52,168 nucleotides of DNA, taken from positions 1-52,168 of the forward strand of contig NW_021834177.1 in assembly GCF_006345805.1 (NCBI RefSeq), in the 5' to 3' direction. The stretch comes from Octopus sinensis. Its lineage: Eukaryota. The notes below the pieces were generated by a model, which had not been told where the DNA came from, ran no database searches, and worked only from the letters and a program-made list of their open reading frames with translations. Below are positions 1-12,990 of the stretch, piece after piece; position 1 is the stretch's first letter, and every line of letters starts with the position of its first letter. The position numbers and the translations under genes were made by a program.

Positions 1-210
1 AGCATTGAAGTTTTGAAGGATGCAGTGCTCCGACAACTAACATTTGTTCATTTCTGTTTCTTATTTTTCATTTCCCGACATATTAGACGAATTATTTTTT
101 TGCTTGCTTCTAACTATTATTTTCTCTATTCTTACTTATCATATTGTAGTACTTCGCTATTTCTGTCAGTCTTTAACATTAGCCTGACATTTTGTGTCTT
201 AGGTTTTCAA

Positions 211-438
211 GGCGGCGGCGAGCTGGCAGAAACGTTAGTACGCCGGACGAAATGCGTAGCAATATTTCGTCTGCCGTTACGTTCTGAGTTCAAATTCCGC
301 CGAGGTCGACTTTGCCTTTCATCCTTTCGGGGTCGATTAAATAATTACCAGTTACGCCCTGGAGTCGATATAATCGACTTGATCCGTTTGTCTGTCCTTG
401 TTTGTCCTATCTGTGTTTAGCCCCTTGTGGGTAGTAAA
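211..438 (+). mobile_element. tRNA-derived SINE, family A (full length)
   Basis: A-box-like AGCTGGCAGAAACG, B-box GAGTTCAAATTCC, body GACTTTGCCTTTCATCCTTTCGGGGTCGAT and tail GCCCCTTGTGGGTAGTAAA. Flanked by an 11-bp TSD TAGGTTTTCAA (200-210, 439-449). Seven other copies occur in the window. Confidence 0.9.
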
Positions 439-1178
439 TAGGTTTTCAATCAGCCTTTAATGTTGTTATAGTTGGCATGTCTTTGAAAGCAAGTGAAATC
501 TCAAGCCAGGTTAAGAATTCAACACTTTTATGCAGGACAAATAAACAGTTCTCTAAACATCGAGTGCAATAAAATTGCCATCTGCTTCTCACGTATGTGC
601 TCTGACAAACATTGGCAAATTGTGAGAAATTCTTCATATTTCTAGGTGTATCATGAGATAGTAAGAAGAAGGAAAAAGGAACAAAACTAAAAGAATCCAC
701 ATAACGGAAAAATGGAGTCCAAATGTTGTTTTCTGTTGGGGACTGGCACCGTGTAGCAACTCATAGCTCATTGATTAATTTATAATTAGGGGAAAATAAA
801 CAAAAACAATTTTGATTATTAGCGGTGTTGGTGAGACAATTTCTCTCAGTTAGGATGAAGGGATGTCAATTAGCGTTAGTTATTACTGATATCTCTATAG
901 AAACAATGTGAGGGCCTCCTATATGTAGGTCAACGGTTAAATTAGACATTTTTAGTGTCTGATGATTATACATATATGCCTGTGCGTGCGTGCGTGTGTG
1001 TGTGTGGTGGTATACTTACACATATGTATCTATATAAGCATGTATCTGCGTGTGTGTATCTATATATATATTATATTATATATATATATATATATATATA
1101 CGCAGATACATGCTTATATAGATACATATGTGTAAGTATACACACACACACACACACACGCACGCACGCACGCACAGG

Positions 1179-1328
1179 CAAATTCCGCCGAGGTAGACTT
1201 TTCCTTTCATCCTTTCGGGGTCGATAAAGAAAGTACCAATTCGCACTGGGGTCGATTGTAAACGACTTAATCCCTTTGTCTGTCCTTATTTGTCCCCTCT
1301 ATGTAGCCCTTGTGGGTAGTAAAGAAAC
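1179..1328 (+). mobile_element. SINE family A, 5'-truncated
   Basis: Matches the 211-438 copy from CAAATTCCGCCGAGG to GTGGGTAGTAAAGAAAC. Confidence 0.85.
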
Positions 1329-1367
<39 letters not shown>

Positions 1368-1501
1368 CATATATACATATATACATATAATAATATATAT
1401 TGATATATATACATATACATATTATATATATATAATATATATAATATATATATATATATATATAAAATATAATATATATATTATATATATATATATATAT
1501 A

Positions 1502-1568
<67 letters not shown>

Positions 1569-1571
1569 ATG

Positions 1572-1642
<71 letters not shown>

Positions 1643-1664
1643 ATATATTATATATATATATACA

Positions 1665-1704
<40 letters not shown>

Positions 1705-1720
1705 AGATATATATATTATA

Positions 1721-1769
<49 letters not shown>

Positions 1770-1808
1770 TATATAATATATATATATATATATAATATAA
1801 CTATATAG

Positions 1809-1847
<39 letters not shown>
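1329..1847. repeat. Imperfect (TA)n microsatellite
   Basis: About 520 bp of TA/TAT repeats. It generates the IY-rich ORF artefacts. Confidence 0.95.
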
Positions 1848-1849
<2 letters not shown>

Positions 1850-2067
1850 CGAGCTGCAGAATCGTTAGCGCGCCGGATGAAATGCTTAGCAGTATTTCAT
1901 CTGCCGTTATGTTCTGAGTTCAAATTCCGCCGAGGTTGACTTTGTCTTTCATCCTTCGGGTTGATAATAAAGTACCAGTTTCACATGGGGTCGATGTAAT
2001 CGACTTAATCCCTTGTTGCTGGTTCTGTTGTCTCCTCTATGTTAGCCCCTTGTGGGCAGTAAAGAAA
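1848..2067 (+). mobile_element. SINE family A
   Basis: GGCGAGCTGCAGAATCGTTAG head, B-box GAGTTCAAATTCC and the family body and tail. Confidence 0.85.
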
Positions 2068-2105
2068 TATATATATATATACAAATATATATGTATATAT
2101 ACACA

Positions 2106-2142
<37 letters not shown>

Positions 2143-2380
2143 GCATGCATATAGATATACATACATATATAGTGACAGTGAGAGGAAGAGAGAAAGAAAG
2201 AGAAACAATGGGAGAAAGAGAAAGAGAAACAGTCAATGATATTTTTAAAATTTCTAAAGGTATTTTGACTGCAACGAAATAAACTTTCTTATAAGGAAGA
2301 AATGATGAAATCTTCCAGGATCAGGTTCCGAAATCGTTTTGAAAAAATAATATGCTAAATTTGTCACACCTACAGTGCAA

Positions 2381-2516
2381 AACTGGTACTTTATTTATCG
2401 ACCCCGAAAGGATGGAAGACAAAGTCGACCTCGGCGGAATTTGAACTCAGAACGTAACGACAGACGAAATACTGCTAAGCATTTCGCCCGGCGCACTAAC
2501 GTTTCTGCCAGCTCGC
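2381..2516 (-). mobile_element. SINE family A, 5' half
   Basis: Reverse complement of the family head and body (GGAATTTGAACTC ... CTGCCAGCTCGC). Confidence 0.85.
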
Positions 2517-2711
2517 TGTTTCCGAGAGGCTTTGATTTTAAATCACAGACGCACTTTAAGGAAACTGGATCAAGAAATATCAGAGAAGATAATTTAAGAG
2601 AGATGTGTAGGATATTTGATGTTGAAGAGGGCTGCCTGGAGGGTAGGATATCTCGCTCTGTATTTCTGATAACTAATTCATATTGACAGTGGAAAGTTCG
2701 TTAAAGGCTGC

Positions 2712-2757
2712 CAGTTCGCTGCTGCTACTGCTGCTGCTGCTACTGCTGCTTCTGCTG

Positions 2758-2800
<43 letters not shown>

Positions 2801-2832
2801 TACTACTACTACTACCACTACTACTACTACTA

Positions 2833-2871
<39 letters not shown>

Positions 2872-3126
2872 CTACCACCACCACCACCACTACTACCACT
2901 ATTACTACTACTACTATTACTATTACTACTACTAGTAATACTACTACAATTACCGCCACCACCACTACCACTATTACTACTACTAGTATTACTATTACTA
3001 TTACTTCTATTACTACTAGTACTACTACTACCACTACCACTATTAGAAGTGCTATCACTACTATTACTGCTACTACTGTTACTACTATAAGTAATACTGT
3101 TACCACCACCGCTACTAATGCTACTA
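2712..3126. repeat. Compound (CTG)n/(CTA)n/(CCA)n/(TTA)n trinucleotide tract
   Basis: Read directly. Source of the poly-L, poly-S and poly-V ORFs. Confidence 0.95.
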
Positions 3127-3447
3127 ATATTTGAGTATAAAGATATTCGACTTTCCATCAACGAGAGAACCGTTTTTAAAATTCTGACCATAAATAAATA
3201 ACCAACATTTATTCAAACACACACACACACACACACACACACTGGCAGTTATTTATGCAATTGCACCGACGCATGCGCAGAAACTCATATTCACAATCAC
3301 AAATACATAGGCACCCACATGCGCACAAGTAAATACAAACATTTTGTACATAAAAGGAACAATTATAGTCTGTTGGTCGATATCGAGGTATAGGATGTTA
3401 ATCCTGTATACACGCGAATAATACGCTGCACATACGTGTATATATGT

Positions 3448-3523
<76 letters not shown>

Positions 3524-3639
3524 TACATGCGTGTGTATGATGGCTGCCCCTCGTTATCGAGTATGGCCATTGCACGAAGCTTAATCAATGTTGTTATCGT
3601 GCAATGCCTATGCAAGAAGATTTTTGTTTTTAAAGTGAG

Positions 3640-4095
3640 GAAAGGCTGTGCACTGAGTCAAATCCCACTCACTAAGCAATAGCAGCCATAATCCGAAAAG
3701 AAGAACAAGTCAACATCATCGGTAACCACTGAGCCGCAGGTTTTATGTCGGGGTTATCCCAGTTACCTGAGTTACCTTCTCCTAGACGGATGCCCTGACA
3801 AAGGCTAGGAGTCTTTCACTCCCAATGGCTTAACCGCACGATTGGGTATTCAGTCCGATTATTTCTATGTACCCGCTCATGAGACAGCTTTAAGACATTT
3901 ATTGGATGGCCGTTGACTCTCAAGAGTTTCTCTGCCCTTTGATGGGTTTTGTTTTTCATCCCGCAGGGTGTCCAATAAACACCCTCTCACCAAGCAAGCT
4001 TGTGGGGGTTTCTGGTTTAGTCGCCGACGACCCGACCATGCAACGGGTTGTACTGGGTTACATGTTACCAGTAGCACTCGAAAGGCGACCTGACA
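3640..4095. mobile_element. Interspersed repeat, possibly the 5' UTR region of an RTE-clade LINE
   Basis: Higher-GC non-coding block between microsatellites. AGTTACCTTCTCCTAGACGG and GGGTGTCCAATAAACACCCTC resemble RTE-type 5' UTR motifs from memory; not verified. Confidence 0.3.
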
Positions 4096-4132
4096 TAGCG
4101 CGTGTATAGAGATATATATATATCTATATATA

Positions 4133-4183
<51 letters not shown>

Positions 4184-5286
4184 CTATGTAATGAATTACA
4201 CAAGTCGACTTGTCATAATCACACTCTTATTCTCGACATATAGCTTGTAAAAGTTTTGTAAGCATTCCTACCATGGCCCGCGGTAACAAACTTCTCATGA
4301 CTTTATTGTAATTTACATGTGCGTGCATGTGTGTGTGTGTGTGTGTGACAAATTTCGTATATTACTTTTTCAAAACATACCAACAGCAGCTCTGGTTTCC
4401 TCCATTCGTCCAAAATGGAATTTCAAGACAGCAGTCGATGAGTCGAACCTTTAAATAAGAACAAAAGAGGCCCTCTGTAGCTGTTGGAGCTGTAAGCATA
4501 TACAGGTCTCCGGATGTGAGACTTCATTTGAGAGTTTAATACAACCACCGTCAGTGCAAATGAGATCACATCTGATCAGGACCACCAGTCAAACAGAACT
4601 TCGTCTGCAGTTCCCGTTGATTATTTCCCTTTATATGATTGACAATTCCACCACTTTTCGCTGACTGCAAGCTATCCAATAATTACAGGCCATGATTTTC
4701 TACTTTTAACTCCTTAATAGTCAAAGACTTTGGTCGTATTCTTTTACGTCATTTTATTTCTGACGAGGCTTTACGAGAACCAATTCCCCACTCGGACGCC
4801 TGGGAATACCAGCACTGATGCCATTATCAAACTATTGCATGCCATAAGATAAGCTTCTACGCAGATACATCGGGACTTGCTGTTTAATTCCTTGGTGCAT
4901 GAAAAATATTTGCAGTTACTGTTTAATTCATGCCTTAACCACACACACTCACACAGAGGTATGTGTGTGTGTGTGACGATGTATATAACCTTGAGGTAAT
5001 TGAATCAGAAAATATTTCGAAGCATATTTAAAAATAAAACATGCAGTTTTGATAAGGGACACAAAATATTTCAGCCTGACGGGCAGCAGCGGCAGAACTG
5101 TAGTAGTTGAGAGTTTCATGAACAGAACTGCATCTCCATGCATGCAATCCGTTTGAAGAAACGCACCACATGTCCAGATACCAAAAGATATGCTGGTCAT
5201 TTGATATTACTACATCTAAAGGATATCTTTATATTTAAGCGTGCATATTATATTAAGGTATTCAACACACAAACACATATATTATA

Positions 5287-5317
<31 letters not shown>

Positions 5318-5386
5318 TGTTGATAGAAATGGTAAGACAACAAAAGAATGAAAGAGACCTCGATATTACGTAAATAGAGGAATTTG

Positions 5387-5538
5387 TCTGTAAATGTAAT
5401 ATGTGGCGAATATTCGGTAGCATTTTTTCCGATAGCCGGATAACTGAAGAGATGGCGGCATGGATTTCCCCCCTCGGGCATCCGAACTCGGAGTTTTATC
5501 ATGGCTACCGAATAATTGTCACATATTACATTTACAGA
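5387..5538 (+). repeat. Foldback module with 35-bp inverted arms enclosing a degenerate hammerhead-like core
   Basis: Arms 5387-5421 and 5504-5538 (about 4 mismatches). Inside: GATAA-CTGAAGA-GATG...CATC-C-GAA-CTCGGAGTT-TTATC. Confidence 0.7.
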
Positions 5539-5596
5539 TATATATATTATATATATATAATATATATATATATTATATATATATATATATATATAT

Positions 5597-5854
5597 CACC
5601 TTCACCTTGATCACCTTGACCGAACAGTCCGTCGGCGTCCATTTGACAACCGCTGGTCACAGCACGCTGTCCGCTCATCCCTGGATCGCGCCTTTCTCAT
5701 CCACGTGATCCCATTCGTCTTCCTGAAATCGTAAGTCCACCGTCATGGAGGCCTCCGAGTGGTCATTCCTACTCGCGCGGGTACCACTCGACAACTGCGC
5801 GGGTCCACCGATTATCGGTGAGCCGGCTGACGTGTCCACACCATCTAAACTTGC
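5597..5854 (-). mobile_element. RTE-clade LINE 3' end fragment
   Basis: Minus-strand translation FRWCGHVSRLTDNRWTRAVVEWYPRE* and then a frameshifted GRP..RW..D region typical of RTE ORF2 C-termini. Ends in a short tandem tail AAGGTGATCAAGGTGAAGGTG. Confidence 0.8.
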
Positions 5855-5925
5855 TATATATATATGTATATATACCCACAAACATACAATCATGTATACA
5901 TAATCTATACATGTAGGTATGTGTA

Positions 5926-5967
<42 letters not shown>

Positions 5968-6386
5968 GAGCTATTATGAATATATGTGTATATACGTATA
6001 TGAGTGTGTGCCTGTATGTATTTGTGTATGTGTGTATGTGCGCGCGCGCATGTATGTGTATGCGTGTGTGATTATGTTTATGCATACATATTGATTGAGA
6101 TACAGACGCAGCGAATATCAAATAAGAGCTGTAAGCAATGTTATGATATGTAATAAACATATGTCTAGTCTGCTGTGATTGTAGATCTGCTTCATCAGAG
6201 CTGTACTGGACTCAGCAACAACAACAACAACAAAAACATTAAACTCTAAACACACTGATACCCACCCACCCCGCCAGCACGACATCATAGTATCGCTATA
6301 CACCAATGACGCTAGTATCACCACCGTTACAGTCCGATCTACTGATCATATACATACTTAATATATATATATATATATATACATGC

Positions 6387-6420
<34 letters not shown>

Positions 6421-6551
6421 TTGTGTGTGTGTACATGTATATATGTATAGGTATCTGTATGTATATGTTTATATGCATATGTTTATTTACACACACATAT
6501 ATACACGTATGCATATACATATATATGTGTGTGTGTCCATGTAATATATAT

Positions 6552-6588
<37 letters not shown>

Positions 6589-7399
6589 TATGTATGTATA
6601 TGTTTATATACACATGTTTATTGACACTCACATATATACACGTATGCATATACATATATATATATATATATGCTGTGTGTGTGGTATGTGTGTAGATGTA
6701 GATGTATTAATGTGTGTGAGTTTGCACACACACACATATCCGTTCAATATCTTGTGATGTTAATCACATCGAATCATCCATCGATTTGTTCCATAAAATT
6801 CCAATCCTCCCCCACCCCCTGTTTGCTGCCACCCAAGTACATAGCATACCAGAGGGGGAGACGGGGAGGAGGGGGCGGAGAACGATGAAATAACATAGGG
6901 CTGGGAGGTAAGAAGAGCGAGAGAGAGAGAGAGAGAGCGAACGGGATGGAGCAATGAGTGAGAGGAATGGGGAAAAGGGAAAGGAATACAAGGAAAACTG
7001 TGAGGGTGAAACAGAGAGAAAGAGACGAGGAGGGGAAAGGAATGTGCGGAGATGAGAGGGAGAGATAGAGAGAGAAATCAGGAGTTAAGTGGGGACAGGA
7101 AAGACAATGAATGTAGGTTGAAGGGGAAAAGACTGCGAAAGAGAATTAATGAGGGTGGTGGCGAGAGGTGGGTAAGTGTGTGACTCCCTTCCCCTTTCCT
7201 TTTGCATTACAATTGCGTCCATCTTTAATTTCCTCAGATTTCTTTCCTTTTCTCTCTTTTTCATCTGCTTCTTGTTGTTGCTGATGTTTTTGTGTGTGAT
7301 ATTGATGTTACAAGTGGCCTTCTTTACGTTCATGATGCTTTTGTTATCGAAGATACCACTGTTCTTTTAATACTGTTACCATGTTTGTTATTATCATTC

Positions 7400-7676
7400 T
7401 TATTATTATTGTTATCATCATCATCATCATCATTTATACTTTTATTAATATCATTATTATTGTGTTGTTCGTCGTCGTTGTTGTTGTTGTTGTTGTTGTA
7501 ATTACTTTCTGTTGTCTTTTTTTTCCCCCGTAATAACTATTATTATCAATATAAATAGCTTCACAATCACCGTCAACATAATTTTCTTTCTCAGCATCAA
7601 TATTATCATCGCCGTAATCATCATAATTATCGCTGTCATCGTAACCATCATCATCATCATCAGCGGCAGCAGCAGC

Positions 7677-7740
<64 letters not shown>

Positions 7741-7880
7741 CCACCAGCACCACCACCACCACCACCACATCATCATCATCATCATTATCATCATCATCAT
7801 TATCATCATCATCATCATCATCATCATCATTATCATCATCATCATCATCAACATCATCATCATCATCACAATCATCATCG
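7400..7880. repeat. Compound (TTA)n/(GTT)n/(ATC)n/(ACC)n tract
   Basis: Read directly. Confidence 0.9.
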
Positions 7881-7969
7881 CCGTCGTTCTATTCGCCATG
7901 CCTATACACAACAGCATTTGTCTTCCCGTCTTCGCCTGCGTCAGCGTCTACACATATACATATGATATT

Positions 7970-8174
7970 CGAGGTCTGATCAATAAGTATCCGGACCGTT
8001 GCCAGAGTAACGAAGCTAAAGCACGCAGAGTGAATTCGTTCGGAAGAGATTTATCTAAGCTTTAACATTCTAACTCACTTCCGCTGTTTACAGCAATGCT
8101 TGGAAGGAAGGTGTGAAGTATGTGAGGGCTTCGTTACTATGGCAACAGTCCGGATACTTATTGATCAGACTACG
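7970..8174. mobile_element. Tc1/mariner-type MITE
   Basis: About 47-bp TIRs: CGAGGTCTGATCAATAAGTATCCGGACCGTTGCCAGAGTAACGAAGC versus the reverse complement of GCTTCGTTACTATGGCAACAGTCCGGATACTTATTGATCAGACTACG. TA follows the right end. No coding capacity. Confidence 0.85.
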
Positions 8175-8189
8175 TATATATATATATAC

Positions 8190-8293
8190 AGATAGTTAGA
8201 TAGATACATAGATAGATAGATAGACAAACAGGCAGCGTGACAGACAGACACACAGACAGACAGATAAATAGATAGATAGATAGATAGATAGAC

Positions 8294-8337
<44 letters not shown>

Positions 8338-8381
8338 GATAGATAGATAGATGGATAGATAGATAGATGGATAGACAGATG

Positions 8382-8447
<66 letters not shown>

Positions 8448-8448
8448 C

Positions 8449-8507
<59 letters not shown>

Positions 8508-8508
8508 G

Positions 8509-8603
<95 letters not shown>
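8190..8603. repeat. (GATA)n microsatellite
   Basis: About 400 bp of GATA with GACA variants. Confidence 0.95.
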
Positions 8604-9830
8604 GGAACGCGTAGACATTGCTGTATCTTTACATAGTTCGCTCCTCGCCCCATGTGGTTCCCGCATCTCACCGAAGAGTCTTCTTCCATAGTCTTCAGTT
8701 GACCATTGGCCTTCCAGAAGAATTTGCGAAGGAAGACACTGAAGAATATTATTATATGATTGCGTTTGGCAGATGAGGTTCTTGGCAAAAGACGGCTTTC
8801 AATTTCGTTTCTCCTCTTGAAGTCAGTTGCAGAGTTTCCTATCAGGATTAGGGCCCCGTTTCTTATAGAAGATTGATAAGAAGGAAAGCCACGCAAGCGG
8901 TAGCCATTCAAGGTGACTGCGGTTAACAAGAGGGCGCAAACGAATCTTTTCTGCTCCCCGAAGAGTAAATTCTGTCCTCGCTACCCCAGTCAAAGAAAGT
9001 ACAGGCTAGCGGAAAAAATGCTTGCGGCCTTGAAATGCTTGCTGAAGATATAAAAGTTTTTTTAATGGTGTGATAGTTTTAGCCATCATCAGAAGGCCAA
9101 TTTCATTAAGTGCCTCCTGTAGTTTCTGCTTCGGGCAAAGCAACTCTGAAGTTTATTTCAACTGCATACATACGCATTCATGCATATATGCAACACACAT
9201 ACACACACGAACATATACATACACACACATATTGCACACATATACACATACATACATACATACATACATACATACGCACACACACACAAACACACACACA
9301 TACACATACATACATACATACGCACATACATACATACAAACATACATACATACAAACATACCTACCTACCTACATACATACATATACACGCATGCCCGCA
9401 CACACACACACACACACACTCATATGCCGTTCTTTTCATATCCGAGAAAGATCGTTACTGGCCTCTACAAGAATCGTTCTTTCGGCAGTGGCTCTTCAGA
9501 TCTTCTTAGTTCCTTCATATATTTTGGCAAACTTTACAAAGCAAACTTCCAATGTGTACATCAGTATACAGAATAATTCCGATGTGATGAGTTTTGAACC
9601 CTCGCCAGATTCAGGAACCTTTCCGCATATACTGTATGTTGGTTTGTAATATTTTAACAGGAACCTCCTGTAGTTGACTTTAGGTTACAGCCGTTTATTT
9701 TGATGGCGTTGAAAGGGCCCAGATGCGGAATAAACTTCTGCAACTACAAACACCACAGACCAACTTTATTTGTTGCTTCTCTTGATCTCAATTTGTGCTA
9801 CTAAAGGACAGCTTTAATATATAAGGTGGG
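8604..9830 (-). mobile_element. Highly decayed R2/NeSL-like (restriction-like endonuclease, REL) non-LTR retrotransposon fragment, split by a (CATA)n tract
   Basis: Minus-strand remnants LTAVTLNGYRLRG, GNSATDFKRRNEI (a GNC...RHN zinc-knuckle/RHN-like position) and, after a frameshift, CQEPHL. Many stops and frameshifts, so the clade assignment is tentative. Confidence 0.4.
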
Positions 9831-10149
9831 AATACAAATTCCGCAATGGCAGAGAACGTTGCAAATTTAAGAGACGACCAGAATTTTAGTCTCTTCTTAC
9901 ATATTCCATAAAAAGAAAAACGATGAGTGGCAAGAAACAGTGAGAGACAGAGTAACTAAAACAAAAACAAAATAATGTAAAGACTAGTATTTTCAATACA
10001 AATGTATGTATGTATGTATGTTTGTATGTATGTATGTATGTATGTATGTATGTATGTTTGTATGTATGTATGTATGTATGTATGTGTGTATGTATGTATG
10101 TATGAATGTATGTATGTATGTATGTATGTATGTATGTATGTATGTTTGT

Positions 10150-10416
10150 ACGAGGACTTAAACGACATGCAAAGGTACATCAAGCCCAGTTACAACTACC
10201 GCCGGCTATAACCGGTAAAGGTTTTAGCTGCCAATTTTGTACAAGACATTGTAGATCTTTAGCTGGGCTAAAATGTCACATTCGATCACAGCACCAGTAG
10301 CAGTTAAGCCTCGTGCAGTGGCCATACTCGATAAGGAGGGGGCAGCCATCATGTATGTACGAAGACCAACCTCGTTCAGAACAACCGTCAACCTTCTGAA
10401 TGAATGAATGAATGAA
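10150..10416 (+). mobile_element. LINE 3' end with C-terminal C2H2 zinc finger and (TGAA)n tail
   Basis: Translation FSCQFCTRHCRSLAGLKCHIRSQHQ*, a short 3' UTR, then TGAATGAATGAATGAATGAA (10397-10416). Confidence 0.7.
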
Positions 10417-10417
10417 A

Positions 10418-10889
10418 ACATCATGAAAATTCATGAACGGATCTTGGAGGACCGTCACTGAAAAATTGACGAACTTGTTGATATGATTGGGGTGTCCTGG
10501 AGCTCCTGTAAGCGAATTTTTAGTGAGGAATTGCGAACGAAAAGAGTTGCAGTAAAATTTGTGCGTTGCTTGCTCACGGAAGATTAAAAGCAGTCACGAC
10601 TGAATGCGTGTCGTGAACTGAAAGAACAGTTGGAAGTTGATCCAGACCTTTTTTTAAAGATCATCACTGGTGATGAAAGCTGGTGCTACGGAATTTGCAG
10701 ATGTGGAAGAGGTGTAGGAATAAAAACGACGGCGCAAGAATTCCAGGATGGCTTCCAATAGTGAAAAACGCATCTGGACCGATGCATTGCTTCAAATGGA
10801 AAATACTTTGAAAATGTAAATATATAAAACTAAGAGAATAAAATAATATTGCAAAATTCCAGTTTCGTTTGGGTATGGGTAGCCCCACG
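10418..10889 (+). mobile_element. Internally deleted mariner transposase relic
   Basis: KIDELVDMIGVSWSSCKRIFSEELRTKRVAVKFVRCLLTED*KQSRLNACRELKEQLEVDPDLFLKIITGDESWCYG (first catalytic Asp motif) joined directly to the C-terminal DRCIASNGKYFE. Probable right end at ...GCCCCACG followed by TA. Confidence 0.85.
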
Positions 10890-10897
10890 TATGTATG

Positions 10898-10929
<32 letters not shown>

Positions 10930-11065
10930 CTTGTATGTATGTATGCTTGTATGTATGTATTGCGAATTTCTTTGATTCATCGCCCTACACGCGTGTAAGA
11001 TGCATTTCCGGTTAGTCAAACAATTTAATCAGACATGTTGTAGCTGAATCATCATCATAATCATC

Positions 11066-11116
<51 letters not shown>

Positions 11117-11138
11117 ATTATTATTATTATTATTATTA

Positions 11139-11818
11139 TCATTCAGTAGTTTTATTTTTATAGTGTGCTTTCACTTCACTACCTATTTCTTTATTACCCA
11201 CAAGGGGCTAAACACAGAGGGAACAAACAAGGTCAGACATAGGTATTAAGTCGATTACATCGACCCCAGTGCGTAACTGGTACTTAATTTATCGACCCCG
11301 AAAGGATGAAAGGCAAAGTCGACCTCGGCGGAATTTGAACTCACAACGTAACGCAGACGAAATTCCGCTAAGCAATTCGCCCGGCGTGCTAACGTTTCTG
11401 CCAGCTCGCCGCCTTTATCTTTCACCTCACTACCGAGTGCAGCTCTGTGTGCTTTGGGTATGTGCTGTGATTTGTTGTGATGCTCTGATGGTTATTGTAT
11501 TGAAAGTGTTCTGCGTAGGATGTGTGCAGTGCCTAGTAGTGCAATTTTCTGTATATGTGTTTGTAAGTCCTGGTGTTTTTGTTATGTATTTGTCTGAATA
11601 TTTTTTTATCATGCCTAATGCACCTACTATGATAGGAATTGTTTCTGTTTTTAGATTCCACATTCTGGTTACCTCTATTTCCAGGTCTCTGTATTTTGAA
11701 AGTTTCTCCATTTCTTTTAGAGACATGTTGTCATCTGCCGGTATTGATACATCAATTAGAAAGCATTTTTTTTTCATGATCTCTGACAACTATATCTGGC
11801 CTGTTGGCCTTAATTTCT
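11139..11818 (-). mobile_element. 5'-truncated R4/Dong-like non-LTR retrotransposon (REL endonuclease C-terminus plus 3' UTR) inside a (TAA)n tract
   Basis: EIKANRPDIVVRDHEKK(fs)KCFLIDVSIPADDNMSLKEMEKLSKYRDLEIEVTRMWNLKTETIPIIVGALG, a PD..D..K REL motif. (TAT)n lies on both sides and a SINE is nested in the 3' UTR. Confidence 0.8.
11184..11414 (-). mobile_element. SINE family A nested in the R4/Dong-like 3' UTR
   Basis: Full-length reverse copy. 16-bp TSD CTTTCAC(T/C)TCACTACC at 11168-11183 and 11419-11434. Confidence 0.9.
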
Positions 11819-11842
11819 ATTATTATTATTATTATTATTATT

Positions 11843-12418
11843 GAGTGAGATAGCAGTTCATGCCATCAAAGTGACACTGGGGTAAAATATACGAAGCCCA
11901 ATATACCATCATGACTACCGTCTGATAAAGGTACCCAGGCACATGCATCACAACCATATGTGCGCGACATGGTGATCTCATATCAAGATAAACAGCACAT
12001 GACCTTGCAGGTGGGGCCCAGTTAGATTTTCTTCAGGTTGGTAGCCCATCCCGCTCAACAGTTCTATGAATAAGGGTTGCTTAAGGATGTAGAACAAAAC
12101 ACTTATGTTTCCAGAGGTGGATTATTCAAACTCCAAAGAATTCCTCACAACACATGACTATGATACTTCCCTACAACTTCTGCTCGTGGCCAGAGATGCA
12201 CATATTGTCAGCCACTAAGGGACATGGTCAACTGGTTAAGGTCAAACAACTGACAAGCAAATCTGTGGTATTGAGCAGAATATTTGCTGTAGCCCATCTT
12301 TTATACCAAGACAAAACAATGTACATGATAACACTTCCAATCAGTTAAGATCAGAAGCCATGAGAGCCACTGCCTGGTACTTGAGAGCCACTGCCTGGTA
12401 CTTGAGAGCCACTGCCTG
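11843..12418. mobile_element. Unclassified ~575-bp element embedded in (TAT)n
   Basis: Bounded by (TAT)n at 11818-11842 and about 12420-12457. Ends in about 2.8 copies of the 21-mer TGAGAGCCACTGCCTGGTACT. No recognisable ORF. Confidence 0.5.
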
Positions 12419-12457
<39 letters not shown>

Positions 12458-12675
12458 TTATTTTTAGGGTGGTGGAGTGACAGATTTGTGGTGTTTCTAC
12501 TGGTCCTTTCTACGTTGTGAGTTCAAGTCACGCCGGTGTTATTCTATTGCCTTTTTAGTGTCGATATATTTGGTTTTCCTTTTTTCCCACCCCCACCCAC
12601 CGACCAAAAAAGAAAACAAATAAAATAAAAGACAAATGCAGGCCTTGTACATATCTTGGATACAATTATTGTTAA

Positions 12676-12990
12676 GGGCCAGTGGAACGGCAGAATCGTT
12701 TGAGCGTCGGGAAATATACCTTGTGGTATTTCCTTGCTGAAATTAACTTAGCCTTTAATCCTTCTGGGGCTGATAAAATAATGTACCAGTTAAATATTGG
12801 GGTCAATATAATCGACGCACAACTTACTATTTGGATTATTGCTGTTGTGTTTATGCTGCTGGTTGTTGTCGTTGTTGTTTCCAGTTTCTTCAGCTTTACA
12901 TTTCATTTCTGTCCGCTCGATAAAAGAAAGTACCAGTTAAATACTTGGGTCGATATAATTGATACACTGCTTCCTCTTAAAATAATTGCT
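12676..12990 (+). mobile_element. Old, degenerate SINE family A remnants
   Basis: GGCAGAATCGTT head, TAGCCTTTAATCCTTCTGGGGCTGATAAAATAATGTACCAG, and a second CTCGATAAAAGAAAGTACCAG...GGGTCGATATAAT. Confidence 0.45.

Noticed and set aside
211-290. SINE heads as tRNA genes
   Set aside because: They have A- and B-box-like motifs but no complete cloverleaf, and they continue into SINE bodies.
4755-4785. CTGACGAGGCTTTACGAGAAC
   Set aside because: It has GAGAAC instead of GAAAC and no supporting stems.
9465-9505. CTGAAGA-GCCACTGCC-GAAA on the minus strand
   Set aside because: There is no stem I complementarity, and it lies inside decayed coding sequence.
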